Shown piece after piece: positions 9,692-19,615 of a stretch of DNA of 64,000 bases. The stretch's first letter is position 1, and the number at the start of each line of letters is the position of its first letter. The notes below the pieces were generated by a model. That model ran no database searches. It was not told the origin of the DNA and saw nothing but the letters and a program-made list of their open reading frames with translations. The DNA is taken from NCBI GenBank assembly GCA_038108875.1, contig JAYNII010000001.1, positions 35,450 to 99,449 on the forward strand, given 5' to 3'. This stretch comes from Gammaproteobacteria bacterium (GTDB taxonomy: Bacteria; Pseudomonadota; Gammaproteobacteria; Magnimaribacterales; D2472). A program made the translations under genes and the position numbers.

Positions 9692-10459
9692 ATGTCGCAA
9701 TTACGATTTGTTAAATCACCCGAAGAGCTGCAAGCAGCAGCTGAGAATAACCTTGAATTTTTTAAAGCTAATATGGTTGCTGTGAAAGCTTTTTATAGAA
9801 CCGAACCTGGGCTTGTTGAAAAACTCATTCCAGCTCCTTTGAGTCCTACTAATGATCCTATGGTTAGAATCGTAGTTTCTAAGGTATTTGTTGATCTTAA
9901 TGGAGGTATGGAATTTGGGGCTGCAACCTTTGGAGTAACATGTAACTATAAAGGTAAACCAGGTATATATGAAATCACTATGCCAATGGAAGGAGAGGGT
10001 GTTGTAGTAGGAGGGAGAGAAACCTACGGAGAGCCAAAGAAAATAGCTACGGTCAACGCATCCTTGATTGGTAATAATTGTATAGGTACTGTTGAGCGTC
10101 ACGGTATAACATATATAGAACTCAAAGGCGAGCTGGGAGAGGGCTTACCAACAAATGATTTTACTGATGAAGTCTATTGCTTCAAAGTATTTCCTTCTTG
10201 TGAGCAGTTCAAACCCTGTGATCAAAATCCTTTGTTAGTTAGAATTAACATGCATAGGACACTTGCAAAAAATATTAAACTTGATGGTGAAATAATCTTA
10301 AGAGAGTCTCCAGTAGACCCTGTGGTTGATTTGCCCGTCAGGGAAATCGTTTCATTAACTTGGGAAGAAGGCACCTCTGCAAGCAATGCTTCAGTAGTTC
10401 AGGAAGTAGATATTATGAACTATATTCCTTTCATGCATTCACGATACGACTCTGCATAA
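9692..10459 (+). CDS. Acetoacetate decarboxylase (ADC) family protein
   Basis: ~255 aa with GGRETYGEPKK, the conserved Lys-containing ADC-family motif as I recall it. Confidence 0.65.
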   Translation: MSQLRFVKSPEELQAAAENNLEFFKANMVAVKAFYRTEPGLVEKLIPAPLSPTNDPMVRIVVSKVFVDLNGGMEFGAATFGVTCNYKGKPGIYEITMPMEGEGVVVGGRETYGEPKKIATVNASLIGNNCIGTVERHGITYIELKGELGEGLPTNDFTDEVYCFKVFPSCEQFKPCDQNPLLVRINMHRTLAKNIKLDGEIILRESPVDPVVDLPVREIVSLTWEEGTSASNASVVQEVDIMNYIPFMHSRYDSA

Positions 10460-10474
10460 ATTTAAGGTAACAAT

Positions 10475-11356
10475 ATGTCATCATTTATTCAGGACAAGAT
10501 TGTAGTCATTACCGGCGGCGCATCTGGTGTTGGTCTTGCGATTGGTAGAAAAATTGCTCAGCTTGGAGGCAAAGTGGTCTTAACCGACATAGAAGCGTCA
10601 CAATTAGCAAAAGCTTCTGAAAACCTTAAACAAGAGAATCTTGAGGTTGCAACCTATGCTGCTGACGTATCAAACTATGGCTCGATGCTGGAGCTTGCTT
10701 CAAAAATTGAACAAGACATTGGCTCAGTAGATTATTTATTTAATAACGCTGGTGTAGCGCCTGCAGAACTTCTTCCAATTTGGGAAACGAAACCAAACGA
10801 TTGGAACTGGGCTTATGGGGTTAATGTTATGGGCGTGATACACGGTATTCAAGCGTTTCTGCCTAATATGATTGCCTCCGGTAAACCAGCTCATGTTATT
10901 AATACTTGTTCAGGTAATGGAGCTTTCATTAATTTACCATCAACGCCAATTTATACTTCCTCAAAAGCAGCCGTCTCATCGATAACAGAAGTCTTAAAGC
11001 ATCAGCTTGCTCAGATGCAGTCTCCCATAAAGGTATCTATTCTTTTTCCAGGTCCGCATACAGTAAGAACCAATTTATTTACTGCAGAAAGGAATAGACC
11101 TGTTAGTTTAGCAAGATCAAAAGATGCCCCTGAGCATCCCATCAAATCTGTGGAGGATATGGTTCAAATGATGCAGTCCATGGGCATCGAATTAGAAACA
11201 ACCTCACCCGAAGAAGTGGCTGAGTTTTGTGTAAGTGAGCTAGAAAAAGGCAGTTATTGGATAAATCCTGTGAATGAAAAATCAGAAAGAGCTTTTAAAG
11301 AAAGAGTGGAGTCTATAATTTCGAGAAGTGATTTAAATATACCAAATATTTTTTAG
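10475..11356 (+). CDS. Short-chain dehydrogenase/reductase
   Basis: ITGGASGVGLAIG glycine motif, NNAG, and the YTSSKAAV catalytic YxxxK. Confidence 0.9.
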   Translation: MSSFIQDKIVVITGGASGVGLAIGRKIAQLGGKVVLTDIEASQLAKASENLKQENLEVATYAADVSNYGSMLELASKIEQDIGSVDYLFNNAGVAPAELLPIWETKPNDWNWAYGVNVMGVIHGIQAFLPNMIASGKPAHVINTCSGNGAFINLPSTPIYTSSKAAVSSITEVLKHQLAQMQSPIKVSILFPGPHTVRTNLFTAERNRPVSLARSKDAPEHPIKSVEDMVQMMQSMGIELETTSPEEVAEFCVSELEKGSYWINPVNEKSERAFKERVESIISRSDLNIPNIF

Positions 11357-12591
11357 AAACCAGACTGTATTTCAAGCTCAATTATTCTTCTGGCATTATG
11401 ATGGTTGTAATCGTAACTTAGGCCCTGGCCTAGTGATAGATTAGGAAACCTATTAAGTAGCTCTTTAAGCATAACTTCGGTCTGCGATCTTACTAGAGTA
11501 ACACCAATGCAGTAATGGGGTCCTTGGCCAAAAGAGATGCTTCTGTCGTGATCTCTTTCAATATCAAATATTTCTGGATTTTTATAAATCTTAGGATCTT
11601 TACCAGCGGTGCTAGAAATCAACTGGACCATTTGTCCTTTTTTAATTAAAACATTTCTAAGTTGTACATCTTCAGACGCATACCTAGCAAGACCTGTTTT
11701 TCCAGAAGATTCAAAGCGCAAAGTTTCCGAGATTGCATTTTGGATCAATTCAGGGTTAGTTTTTAATTTTTCAAATTGATCAGGATGAGCTAATAAAGCT
11801 TTGATTAGATAAGTGTGTAAGTCTACTGCAGTGTCAGATCCAGCTCCAAGAACTGATCCTATCAGAGCGCACATTTCCCAGTTAGATAACTTTTTTCCGT
11901 CTTCTTCTGCCACTATAAGGGTGGACAGGAAATCGTCTGATAGATTTCGTCTTTTTTCATCAATTAGAGTATTTAACAACGCAATTCCTTCGGGCACACC
12001 TTTAATAGCTTCTTCTCTTTCTTCGAGACTTAGCATTGGATTAATACCCCTAACAATACCATAGGCCAGAGAATCAAATATTGGAAATTTTTCTCTAGGA
12101 ATTCCAACTAAACTGGCTATTGCTTGAACAGGAATGACTTCTGCTATTTCTTTAGCAAAATTGAAAGATTTAGGTTTACCAATTTCATCAAACCTTTCCT
12201 TAACTAAAACTGCAAACCTTTCTTTCATCTGATTCATGATTCTTGGAGAAAAAGCAGGTAATGCTAATTTTCTTAATCTTAAATGATCGCTGCGGTTAAG
12301 AAAGAATAAATTGTTATTCATTAGTTTTTCAAATGCATTCATATCTTCTTCTGCTTTTTTTGGAGGAGCAAACTCCCAAAGATTAAAATCTGTTGAAAAC
12401 CTCCGGTCCAAGAGGCACTGAGTGATAAGTTCATGCCCAGTTATGATCCAGCTTCCCCAGGCCTCATATCTTCCGATTGGGTATTCCATTAATTTGGCAA
12501 GAGTCGAGTCTGGATTTTCAACAAAATCTTTTGAAGATGGGTTAAAAAAGTGGTCTACTGTTATATTCAAGTATTCTTGCATTGATAACAT
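11353..12591 (-). CDS. Cytochrome P450
   Basis: FGQGPHYCIG heme-thiolate loop, AGSDT I-helix, ETLR. The start is uncertain (12627, 12591 or 12582). Confidence 0.9.
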   Translation of the reverse strand: MLSMQEYLNITVDHFFNPSSKDFVENPDSTLAKLMEYPIGRYEAWGSWIITGHELITQCLLDRRFSTDFNLWEFAPPKKAEEDMNAFEKLMNNNLFFLNRSDHLRLRKLALPAFSPRIMNQMKERFAVLVKERFDEIGKPKSFNFAKEIAEVIPVQAIASLVGIPREKFPIFDSLAYGIVRGINPMLSLEEREEAIKGVPEGIALLNTLIDEKRRNLSDDFLSTLIVAEEDGKKLSNWEMCALIGSVLGAGSDTAVDLHTYLIKALLAHPDQFEKLKTNPELIQNAISETLRFESSGKTGLARYASEDVQLRNVLIKKGQMVQLISSTAGKDPKIYKNPEIFDIERDHDRSISFGQGPHYCIGVTLVRSQTEVMLKELLNRFPNLSLGQGLSYDYNHHNARRIIELEIQSGF

Positions 12592-12594
12592 TAT

Positions 12595-12828
12595 ATGAAA
12601 GTATCTGAAGAAAGGGGAATATTGCATTTAGATCTTCATGGAGTTTCTCATGTGGATGCAGATATCGAGGTAAGGGATTTTTGTCTAAGATACCAACATC
12701 AATTGCCTCTTAATATAATTTGCGGGAACAGCTCTCAAATGATCAAAATTACAAAAAATGCGTTGTCATCTATGGATGTAATTTGTGATGAGCCAAGATA
12801 TGGCATTGTTCGAGTATTAAAGATCTAA
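12595..12828 (+). CDS. Small Smr-like domain protein (tentative)
   Basis: A 77-codon ORF fills the only gap in a minus-strand operon. It carries LDLHG, then IICGNS, then GIVRVLKI, the motif order seen in Smr domains. Confidence 0.4.
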   Translation: MKVSEERGILHLDLHGVSHVDADIEVRDFCLRYQHQLPLNIICGNSSQMIKITKNALSSMDVICDEPRYGIVRVLKI

Positions 12829-12833
12829 CAATT

Positions 12834-14519
12834 CTACTCTGCAAGATTCAATTTTTTTCCTGCAAGATATCCAAAGGTCATTGCTGGACCTAATGTTGCT
12901 CCGGGACCAGGATATCTTGGTAAGAGTGCAGCAGTGCAGTTTCCGGTTGCATACAACCCATGGATAGGAGAATTGTTGTTATCTATTACAGCTGCATCTT
13001 CATTGATTTCAAATCCACCGCACGTAGCAAATTCACCAGGATTTAGTTCCATAGCATAAAATGGTCCCTTTTTTATAGGCCCCAGGCAGGGGTTCGGTTT
13101 GTTTTCCGGATCTCCAAAAAATATATCCCTCGCATTTTGACCCCTGTGATATTCAGTATCAATTCCAGTTTCAGCAAATTGGTTAACTTTACCAACGGTT
13201 TTTGCAAGCTCTTCAGAGTTAATGGACAGTTTTTTAGCTAGCTCATCAATGGTTTTCGCCTTGGTTAAAAATTTTGATTTAAACCAAGACTTTTTGATTA
13301 AAAAATCAGGATAGAATTTTCCTGGCATGAGGGGTCCTACTGGATACTTTTTTCTGTATTCAGCATCGAAGATCATATACATTGGATTACAGGATTCGCC
13401 ATGCGATTGCTTTTCAAGAACATCCAGCATAAAAGTTAGATAGTTTTGAGATTCATTAGCTATTCTTTTACCAGACTTATTAATAGTGTAATTACCTGGC
13501 ATAGCTTTTTCAAAATCGCTTAATCTTGGAAAGTCCTCGTTGGGAGCTTTCAAGGTTGTTACCCACCATGCCTTGTCCATAAATTTTAGTTTTGCATTAA
13601 TTCTTTTTGCAATTTCAATCCAATCTCCTGTATTTGTAGTAGGTTCGCAGCCCCAATCTTTATTTGTAGGCTCGGGAAGGTATTTCTCTCTTAGAGCTTG
13701 AGATTTTCCGAATCCTCCCATTGCAAGGACTATCCCTTTAGTAATTTTAATTTTTATGTTTTCTCCGTTAAGGTTTACCAAAGCACCAACAACTTTATTT
13801 TCTTTAATTTCTATATCGAGAAGCTTAGATTGGAGCCTAAGATCAATACCTGCTTTCTTAGCCGAATACAACAGTCTTGCTATAGCCGCAGATCCAAAAC
13901 AAAGTTTGCGCGATCTTTTAGTTTTAAGTCTCCAAGCTATATCGCTCCAGTATCCAAAAAAGATCTTAATAAATTCAGAAATCCAACCTGGTGCTTGAGT
14001 GCTGAATGCATGAACTTGATCAAAGTCAATTGCGTATCTGCCAAACAAAACAGTCATTGGGTTACTTGGATGAAGTTTTGAATAATCGTTCTCTAGCTTA
14101 TCACCCGAAAAAGGAACTGGCTCCAATGCTCTATTACCAAGTTTTGCTCCAGGAGCATCTGCGAAATAGTCGGGGTAATGCGCCATCGATTGATAGGCCG
14201 CATCGGTTTCTTCATCTAAAAATTTAACCATCTCAGGCCCCTTTTTCAAAAAGGTGCTTACAAGGTGCGCATTAAATTCTTCTGAGGGAGTGGTGGCTTC
14301 AAGATACGCAAATGCATCTTTAAAACTATCTTGAGCCCCATTATTTATAGCGTGCATGTTTTGAGGTATCCAAATTACACCCCCTGATGTTGCACTTGTA
14401 CCACCAAAGACATTACCTTTTTCAATCAATAAAACTTTATCGCTACCAAATTTTTTTGCTGATATGGCCGCCGTGAGGCCTCCGCATCCTGAGCCCACTA
14501 CCAATACATCAACTTCCAT
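12834..14519 (-). CDS. FAD-dependent dehydrogenase, 3-ketosteroid-delta1-dehydrogenase (KstD)/fumarate-reductase flavoprotein family
   Basis: VLVVGSGCGGLTAA FAD fold at the N-terminus and GLYATGNCTA near the C-terminus. ~560 aa. Confidence 0.75.
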   Translation of the reverse strand: MEVDVLVVGSGCGGLTAAISAKKFGSDKVLLIEKGNVFGGTSATSGGVIWIPQNMHAINNGAQDSFKDAFAYLEATTPSEEFNAHLVSTFLKKGPEMVKFLDEETDAAYQSMAHYPDYFADAPGAKLGNRALEPVPFSGDKLENDYSKLHPSNPMTVLFGRYAIDFDQVHAFSTQAPGWISEFIKIFFGYWSDIAWRLKTKRSRKLCFGSAAIARLLYSAKKAGIDLRLQSKLLDIEIKENKVVGALVNLNGENIKIKITKGIVLAMGGFGKSQALREKYLPEPTNKDWGCEPTTNTGDWIEIAKRINAKLKFMDKAWWVTTLKAPNEDFPRLSDFEKAMPGNYTINKSGKRIANESQNYLTFMLDVLEKQSHGESCNPMYMIFDAEYRKKYPVGPLMPGKFYPDFLIKKSWFKSKFLTKAKTIDELAKKLSINSEELAKTVGKVNQFAETGIDTEYHRGQNARDIFFGDPENKPNPCLGPIKKGPFYAMELNPGEFATCGGFEINEDAAVIDNNNSPIHGLYATGNCTAALLPRYPGPGATLGPAMTFGYLAGKKLNLAE

Positions 14520-14542
14520 TGAGTAAAAAAATTAACTATTTC

Positions 14543-15589
14543 TTAGGATAATTGGGATTCCCATTGATAGACTTTTTCCCATGATTTAGAAACTTCCGAT
14601 CTATCAATATAAAACTGGTTGTACCAGTCCCTGAGTTTATTAAGAGGCCCATCACCATCGCATAACAATGGATTATCAACCCTGACTTTGTTATGCCAGA
14701 TCTCAACATCTTGTTTGAATGAAAGCTGAGTCATTTGGGTATACATTTCAACCATTTCACTGTTTTGTTGCTCTGTTAAATCTGGATTTTTCTTAACTAG
14801 CACACCATGACGTAACAAGAAGTTATCTTTATCTATAGGAACATGGCTTACTAGCTGAATGGATTGTTGTTTAATTCCCATTCCCTCGTTTGTCATCCAG
14901 CACATCATGTAAGCAGGACCATAGTAGGTTGCTTTTGATTCCATGGTCCCGTCTTTATCGTACTCTGATCCGTCTAAATTCTTACCAATATTGATTTGAG
15001 TAAGCATATGGCGATCAAAAATATTCACAAATTTGGTAGCTGTAACTCCGTGAACTGTCTTGAAGTGAGCAATGTCTGCCATATTATCAATTAGCTCACG
15101 GCAGTTGATATTGATGATATTTTCTTCTAATACCCAATCGGACCATTCATCTGAAAAGCATGCTTCTTCTCGAGGGATGATCTCATCTGAAGTAGGGTTA
15201 CCCCCTTCAGGGTCATTCCAAATAAACAGTAGATTATTTTCTTCAAGAGTTTCCCAGCTTTGTATACAGGCTTCCCTTGGAATTTTTTTAGCATAGGGAA
15301 TATCTAAACATTTTCCCTCTGCTCCCCAGCCCCATTCGTGATATGGACAGCGCACCATATCACCATCTATTTTTCCCATGCTAAGGTCGCCACCCATGTG
15401 CGGACATGCTGCTTGAAGAGCAATTGCTTTACCAGTAGAGTCTCTGAATATAACTAGCTTTTTCCCAAAAGCATTCACTCCAACAGGCTTATCACCAAAA
15501 GATTTTGACAATCCAAGAGTATGCCATCCTCTTGCAAATCTTTCGGGAGGAGGGGTTTGGTCTATGATTCTGATAGGTTGCTTTTCCAT
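14543..15589 (-). CDS. Rieske [2Fe-2S] non-heme-iron oxygenase, paralog of 8636-9634
   Basis: CPHMGGDL...CPYHEWGW and DNMADIAHFKTVH. The C-terminal LCDGDGPLNKLRDWYNQFY is shared with the paralog (LCDGDGPINKFRKWVSQFY). Confidence 0.9.
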   Translation of the reverse strand: MEKQPIRIIDQTPPPERFARGWHTLGLSKSFGDKPVGVNAFGKKLVIFRDSTGKAIALQAACPHMGGDLSMGKIDGDMVRCPYHEWGWGAEGKCLDIPYAKKIPREACIQSWETLEENNLLFIWNDPEGGNPTSDEIIPREEACFSDEWSDWVLEENIININCRELIDNMADIAHFKTVHGVTATKFVNIFDRHMLTQINIGKNLDGSEYDKDGTMESKATYYGPAYMMCWMTNEGMGIKQQSIQLVSHVPIDKDNFLLRHGVLVKKNPDLTEQQNSEMVEMYTQMTQLSFKQDVEIWHNKVRVDNPLLCDGDGPLNKLRDWYNQFYIDRSEVSKSWEKVYQWESQLS

Positions 15590-15593
15590 ATAT

Positions 15594-16790
15594 TTAACTC
15601 ATTAAATTTACTGCAGGCTGGCCAAGCATGCTCATTCCTAGATCTGCAGCAAAAGGATCTGCAATATTTGCGACATGAACTTGTGTCATCATGATATCTA
15701 GGAACTTATTAGTAACCTCGTGACCCAAATAGACTGTTGCGCCTCCGCTTGCTTTGACTAGTTTTAAAGCACCATGTACACATCTGTCATTAACAGTACT
15801 AACTTGATATCTATAGCGAGTACGATCTGCAACATCGATTGGTTGATTTGCTTCAGCGCAAGCCATCATGGCATTGATATTTGATTCAATGGTATTCCAC
15901 ATTAAATCAATTTCAGTTTGAGATTCTGCTGCTAAAGATAAAGTTTTAGGATTGGTTCTTGCTTCAACTCCGAAACTTGAGACCCTGCTTTTAGCACCTT
16001 CAATAAACTCATTCAATGCTCCTTGGTATGCTCCCAAAGCAGGAATGGCTACAGAGTGAGTAAATATTTGACCGAAGGGCAATTTAAAAAGTGCTGCATC
16101 ATTCATTTCATTGCCTGGGTTTTTGCACTCAAACGCATCTTTTAGATAATGAATTCTGTGGTGAGGTACAAACGCATTTTCAACTTTAATTTTTTTGCTT
16201 CCAGTGCCTTTAAGTCCATAAGTATGCCAGTTATCAATTATCTTATAATCACTTCTGGGTATTAATAAGGTTACAAAACTTTCCAAACCTTTAGAGAAAT
16301 CTAGAATTGCTCCACCAAAGAACCAGTCGCAGTGATCGCTACCAGAGGACCAGTCCCATTCTCCTGTAACTTGGTAACCACCCTCAACTTCGGTCACCAT
16401 TCCTTTGGGTGCATAGGAAGAAGAAATAAGCACAGATGGATCATTGCCCCACACATCTTGTTGCGCTTGTTGATCAAATACTGATATTTGCCAATTGTGA
16501 ACCGCAACCACTGAAAACGCCCATGCAGAAGACATACATGCTTCTGCGATTAGAGCGGTAACTTTATAAAACACTATTGGATTCATCTCATATCCACCCC
16601 AAGATTTGGCTTGGACAATCTTAAAGAACCCAAGGTCTTTAAAATCTTGAATAGTTTCAGAAGGCACGTATCTAAGTTCCGCAGCTTTTGCAGCTCTAGC
16701 TCTAAGCATTGGCTGAAGATCTCTTGCTTTTTGATAAAGATCCTCAGGAGTAGGTACGGATTCTTTAAAATTCTTTAGTTCTTGTGACAT
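15594..16790 (-). CDS. Acyl-CoA-dehydrogenase-fold flavin monooxygenase (HsaA / HPA-hydroxylase C2-like)
   Basis: ACAD-like three-domain length (398 aa). The N-terminal LRARAAKAAELRYVPSETIQDFKDLGFFKI and WDWSSGSDHCDWF resemble two-component flavin hydroxylase oxygenase subunits. Confidence 0.65.
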   Translation of the reverse strand: MSQELKNFKESVPTPEDLYQKARDLQPMLRARAAKAAELRYVPSETIQDFKDLGFFKIVQAKSWGGYEMNPIVFYKVTALIAEACMSSAWAFSVVAVHNWQISVFDQQAQQDVWGNDPSVLISSSYAPKGMVTEVEGGYQVTGEWDWSSGSDHCDWFFGGAILDFSKGLESFVTLLIPRSDYKIIDNWHTYGLKGTGSKKIKVENAFVPHHRIHYLKDAFECKNPGNEMNDAALFKLPFGQIFTHSVAIPALGAYQGALNEFIEGAKSRVSSFGVEARTNPKTLSLAAESQTEIDLMWNTIESNINAMMACAEANQPIDVADRTRYRYQVSTVNDRCVHGALKLVKASGGATVYLGHEVTNKFLDIMMTQVHVANIADPFAADLGMSMLGQPAVNLMS

Positions 16791-16873
16791 TGCGCCCCCA
16801 AATATAAGTCTTTTTTATTTCTTCCTAAATATCCTACTTTATGTTTACATAAGGGCAAGATTTTTTTATTTCT

Positions 16874-17650
16874 ATGTCTATAAAAAATACATTCCATTTC
16901 CCCTCAGGATCAGCTTTTATAGTTGGAGGTAGCGGGGGTATAGGAAAAGAAATTTGTCTTCATTTTGCAGCCAATAATGTCCCTGTAATCTTCACATATC
17001 GCAACAATAAAGAGAGGGCTGATAAGCTGATTGAAGAAATTTCTTCGCTGGGGTTAACTGCAGAGGCTATCCAGCTTTCTTTAGAAAGCAGAGAGGATGT
17101 GATTGCATGTTTTAATAAGCTTAAAAGTGAGGATAAAAAAATTCATACCATCGTAAATGCTGCAGGTTCAAACATTAAAATGGAATGGATTGGAAATCTA
17201 GAATTCAAAGATTGGGATGAAACTATGCATGCTGATTCAACCGGTTTTTTTAATCTTATAAAAAGCAGCCTACCATGGATAAGGGAGTGCCGAGGATCTT
17301 ATATTGCAATAACCACTATTGGTTTATCGCGATGGCCAACAAGAGATGTTTTATCTGTTGCGCCCAAATCTACAATCGATGCGCTTATTGCTGGTATTGC
17401 TAAGGAAGAAGGCAAAAATGGTATCAGAGCCAATTCTGTCCAACTTGGCATCATCGAAACAGGAATATTTTTACGCATCAAAGGCAAAGACTACTCCGAT
17501 GAATATGTAAATGCAGCAATTAAAAACACTGCTTTAAAAAGGCTTGGCAAAGCAGAAGATGTAGCTAATGCTGTCATGTTTCTTGCTTCTGAGAATGCGA
17601 GCTATATTACTGGTCAAGCTCTATATTTGGACGGCGGATTTAGAATATAG
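16874..17650 (+). CDS. SDR-family oxidoreductase with non-canonical active site
   Basis: GGSGGIGKEI, NAAG and an SDR-like C-terminus (ASYITGQALYLDGG). The expected YxxxK reads S-V-A-P-K. Confidence 0.8.
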   Translation: MSIKNTFHFPSGSAFIVGGSGGIGKEICLHFAANNVPVIFTYRNNKERADKLIEEISSLGLTAEAIQLSLESREDVIACFNKLKSEDKKIHTIVNAAGSNIKMEWIGNLEFKDWDETMHADSTGFFNLIKSSLPWIRECRGSYIAITTIGLSRWPTRDVLSVAPKSTIDALIAGIAKEEGKNGIRANSVQLGIIETGIFLRIKGKDYSDEYVNAAIKNTALKRLGKAEDVANAVMFLASENASYITGQALYLDGGFRI

Positions 17651-17684
17651 GATGTCAAGCTAAGTTCTAGAGATAGGGGGGATT

Positions 17685-17981
17685 ATGAAAGCATATGTTG
17701 TTGGATTGCTCGAAATGCATAACTGGACTTGGTACGGAGAATACTATAAAAATACTGCAAAACTCATAGAAAAACATGGTGGAAAATACATTGCATCCGG
17801 TGTAAAACCTGATGTTCTCGAAGGGCCATCCACTCCCAATGCATATGTCATTTTAGAGTTTCCTTCAATTGAGAATGCAAAAAATTGGTACCAAGATCCT
17901 GATTACAAAAAAATGATCGAGCTCAGGCAATCTGGGGGTTCTTCAGATATATTTATTTTTCCAGAGGGAGCAATTAATTAA
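17685..17981 (+). CDS. DUF1330-family small protein
   Basis: 98 aa. KHGGKYIA...VILEFPSIENAKNWYQDPDY matches my recollection of DUF1330. Its stop shares a base with the next start (TAATG). Confidence 0.65.
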   Translation: MKAYVVGLLEMHNWTWYGEYYKNTAKLIEKHGGKYIASGVKPDVLEGPSTPNAYVILEFPSIENAKNWYQDPDYKKMIELRQSGGSSDIFIFPEGAIN

Positions 17982-19594
17982 TGCCAAAAATTAACAATAA
18001 TTTAGCTGAATGGGTAGGCGATATAGCTGAAGCTAATTTAGCGAAAATTTCAATTGGTGAGTTGCTTACTGAAGCAGCTCAACTCTATCCTAACTCGGAG
18101 GCATTGGTTTATGCTCATCAGCCAGACATAAGAGAACAGCGCTGGACTTACAGTGAATTAGATACTTTATCAACCAATCTTGCCAGGGGCCTTAAAGACT
18201 TAGGACTAGCACGTGGAGATGCTGTAGGTGTCTGGGGGCCAAATCACCCTGAGTGGATTATTATTGAATATGCCCTCGCAAAGGCTGGTTTAAAGCTTGT
18301 TACCCTTAACCCACTTTATAAATCTAAAGAACTTATTTTTGCGCTCAACACATCTCAAGTGGTTGCCTTGATGCATGCTAGCTCCATACCAAATATTGAT
18401 GTAGATGAAATAATATCCGAGGTCAAGAAAGATGTTTCATCTTTACTATACACCTTAAATTTTCATGAGGATCTTCAAGATTTAATTCTTGAAGGTCAAA
18501 CAAAAAATTACTTGCTGCAGCCTCCAGAACCTTCCGAAGTTTTTATGATTCAATACACCTCTGGTACCACCGGTATCCCTAAGGCCGCTCAAATGACGCA
18601 TCAAGGGTTAATTACAACTTCAAGAAATAGCCATATTCGATGGAAAATCTCTCAAAATCAAAAAGTAGCACACGGTTTTCCATTATTTCATATTGGTGGT
18701 TCAGCATGCATGACCCTTGGAGCTTGTTCATTAGGCGCAACTTCCCTCCCTTTATATATATTTAAACCTGATATTGCTTTGAATATTTTAGAAAAAGAGA
18801 AATGCAGCACTTTTATAGGAGCTCCTGTTTTATTAACTGCAATGATGGAACATCCCTCATTTTCTCAAAGAGATTTTACCAATCTAGAAACAATAGTAGT
18901 GGGGGGATCTAACCCACCTTTGGAATTTCTCAAGAAATGCGAAGCAGCATTTAAGGTAACCATGATTAATGGCTATGGAATGACTGAGACATGCGGTCTC
19001 ACTTCTACTGCTTTACCTGATGATCCACCTTCTCTTAAAGCAATTGCAGGTATTGCTATGCCTGGAGTTTCTCTAAAGATTGTTAATGCTGCAGGAGAGA
19101 TTTTGCCTAATAATCAAACTGGTGAACTTTGTTATAAAGGACCAGGATTGATGAAAGGATACAGCAACCTTCCTGATGGTAGTTCTGGTATATCCCCAGA
19201 TGGTTGGTTTGCAACAGGAGATTTAGCTACTATGGACGTTGATGGATATATAAATATTATTGGCAGAGCAAAAGAGATGATTATCAGGGGTGGAGAGAAT
19301 TTGTATCCTATTGAGATTGAGAACTATCTGCTTGAACACCCAGGAGTGCTCCAGGTTGCAGTTTTTGGAGTTCCAGATAAAAAATATGATGAAGAATGTT
19401 GTGCAGTTATAAGAAAAGATGATCTTAAATTAAGAGATATAGATGAATTAAGAGATTGGTGTGCATCGCGAATCTCAAGATGGAAAATTCCTCGTTATTT
19501 CTTTTTTACTGAAACTTTCCCTGTTACCCCTTCAGGGAAAATTCAGAAATTTAAGTTACAACAAAAATACGCTGAGCTAATATCAGCAGAATAG
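17981..19594 (+). CDS. AMP-forming acyl-CoA synthetase/ligase
   Basis: YTSGTTGIPKA, GYGMTET, WFATGDLA and PSGKIQK motifs. Confidence 0.95.
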   Translation: MPKINNNLAEWVGDIAEANLAKISIGELLTEAAQLYPNSEALVYAHQPDIREQRWTYSELDTLSTNLARGLKDLGLARGDAVGVWGPNHPEWIIIEYALAKAGLKLVTLNPLYKSKELIFALNTSQVVALMHASSIPNIDVDEIISEVKKDVSSLLYTLNFHEDLQDLILEGQTKNYLLQPPEPSEVFMIQYTSGTTGIPKAAQMTHQGLITTSRNSHIRWKISQNQKVAHGFPLFHIGGSACMTLGACSLGATSLPLYIFKPDIALNILEKEKCSTFIGAPVLLTAMMEHPSFSQRDFTNLETIVVGGSNPPLEFLKKCEAAFKVTMINGYGMTETCGLTSTALPDDPPSLKAIAGIAMPGVSLKIVNAAGEILPNNQTGELCYKGPGLMKGYSNLPDGSSGISPDGWFATGDLATMDVDGYINIIGRAKEMIIRGGENLYPIEIENYLLEHPGVLQVAVFGVPDKKYDEECCAVIRKDDLKLRDIDELRDWCASRISRWKIPRYFFFTETFPVTPSGKIQKFKLQQKYAELISAE

Positions 19595-19615
19595 AGCAGG
19601 GAAACTAATAAAATT

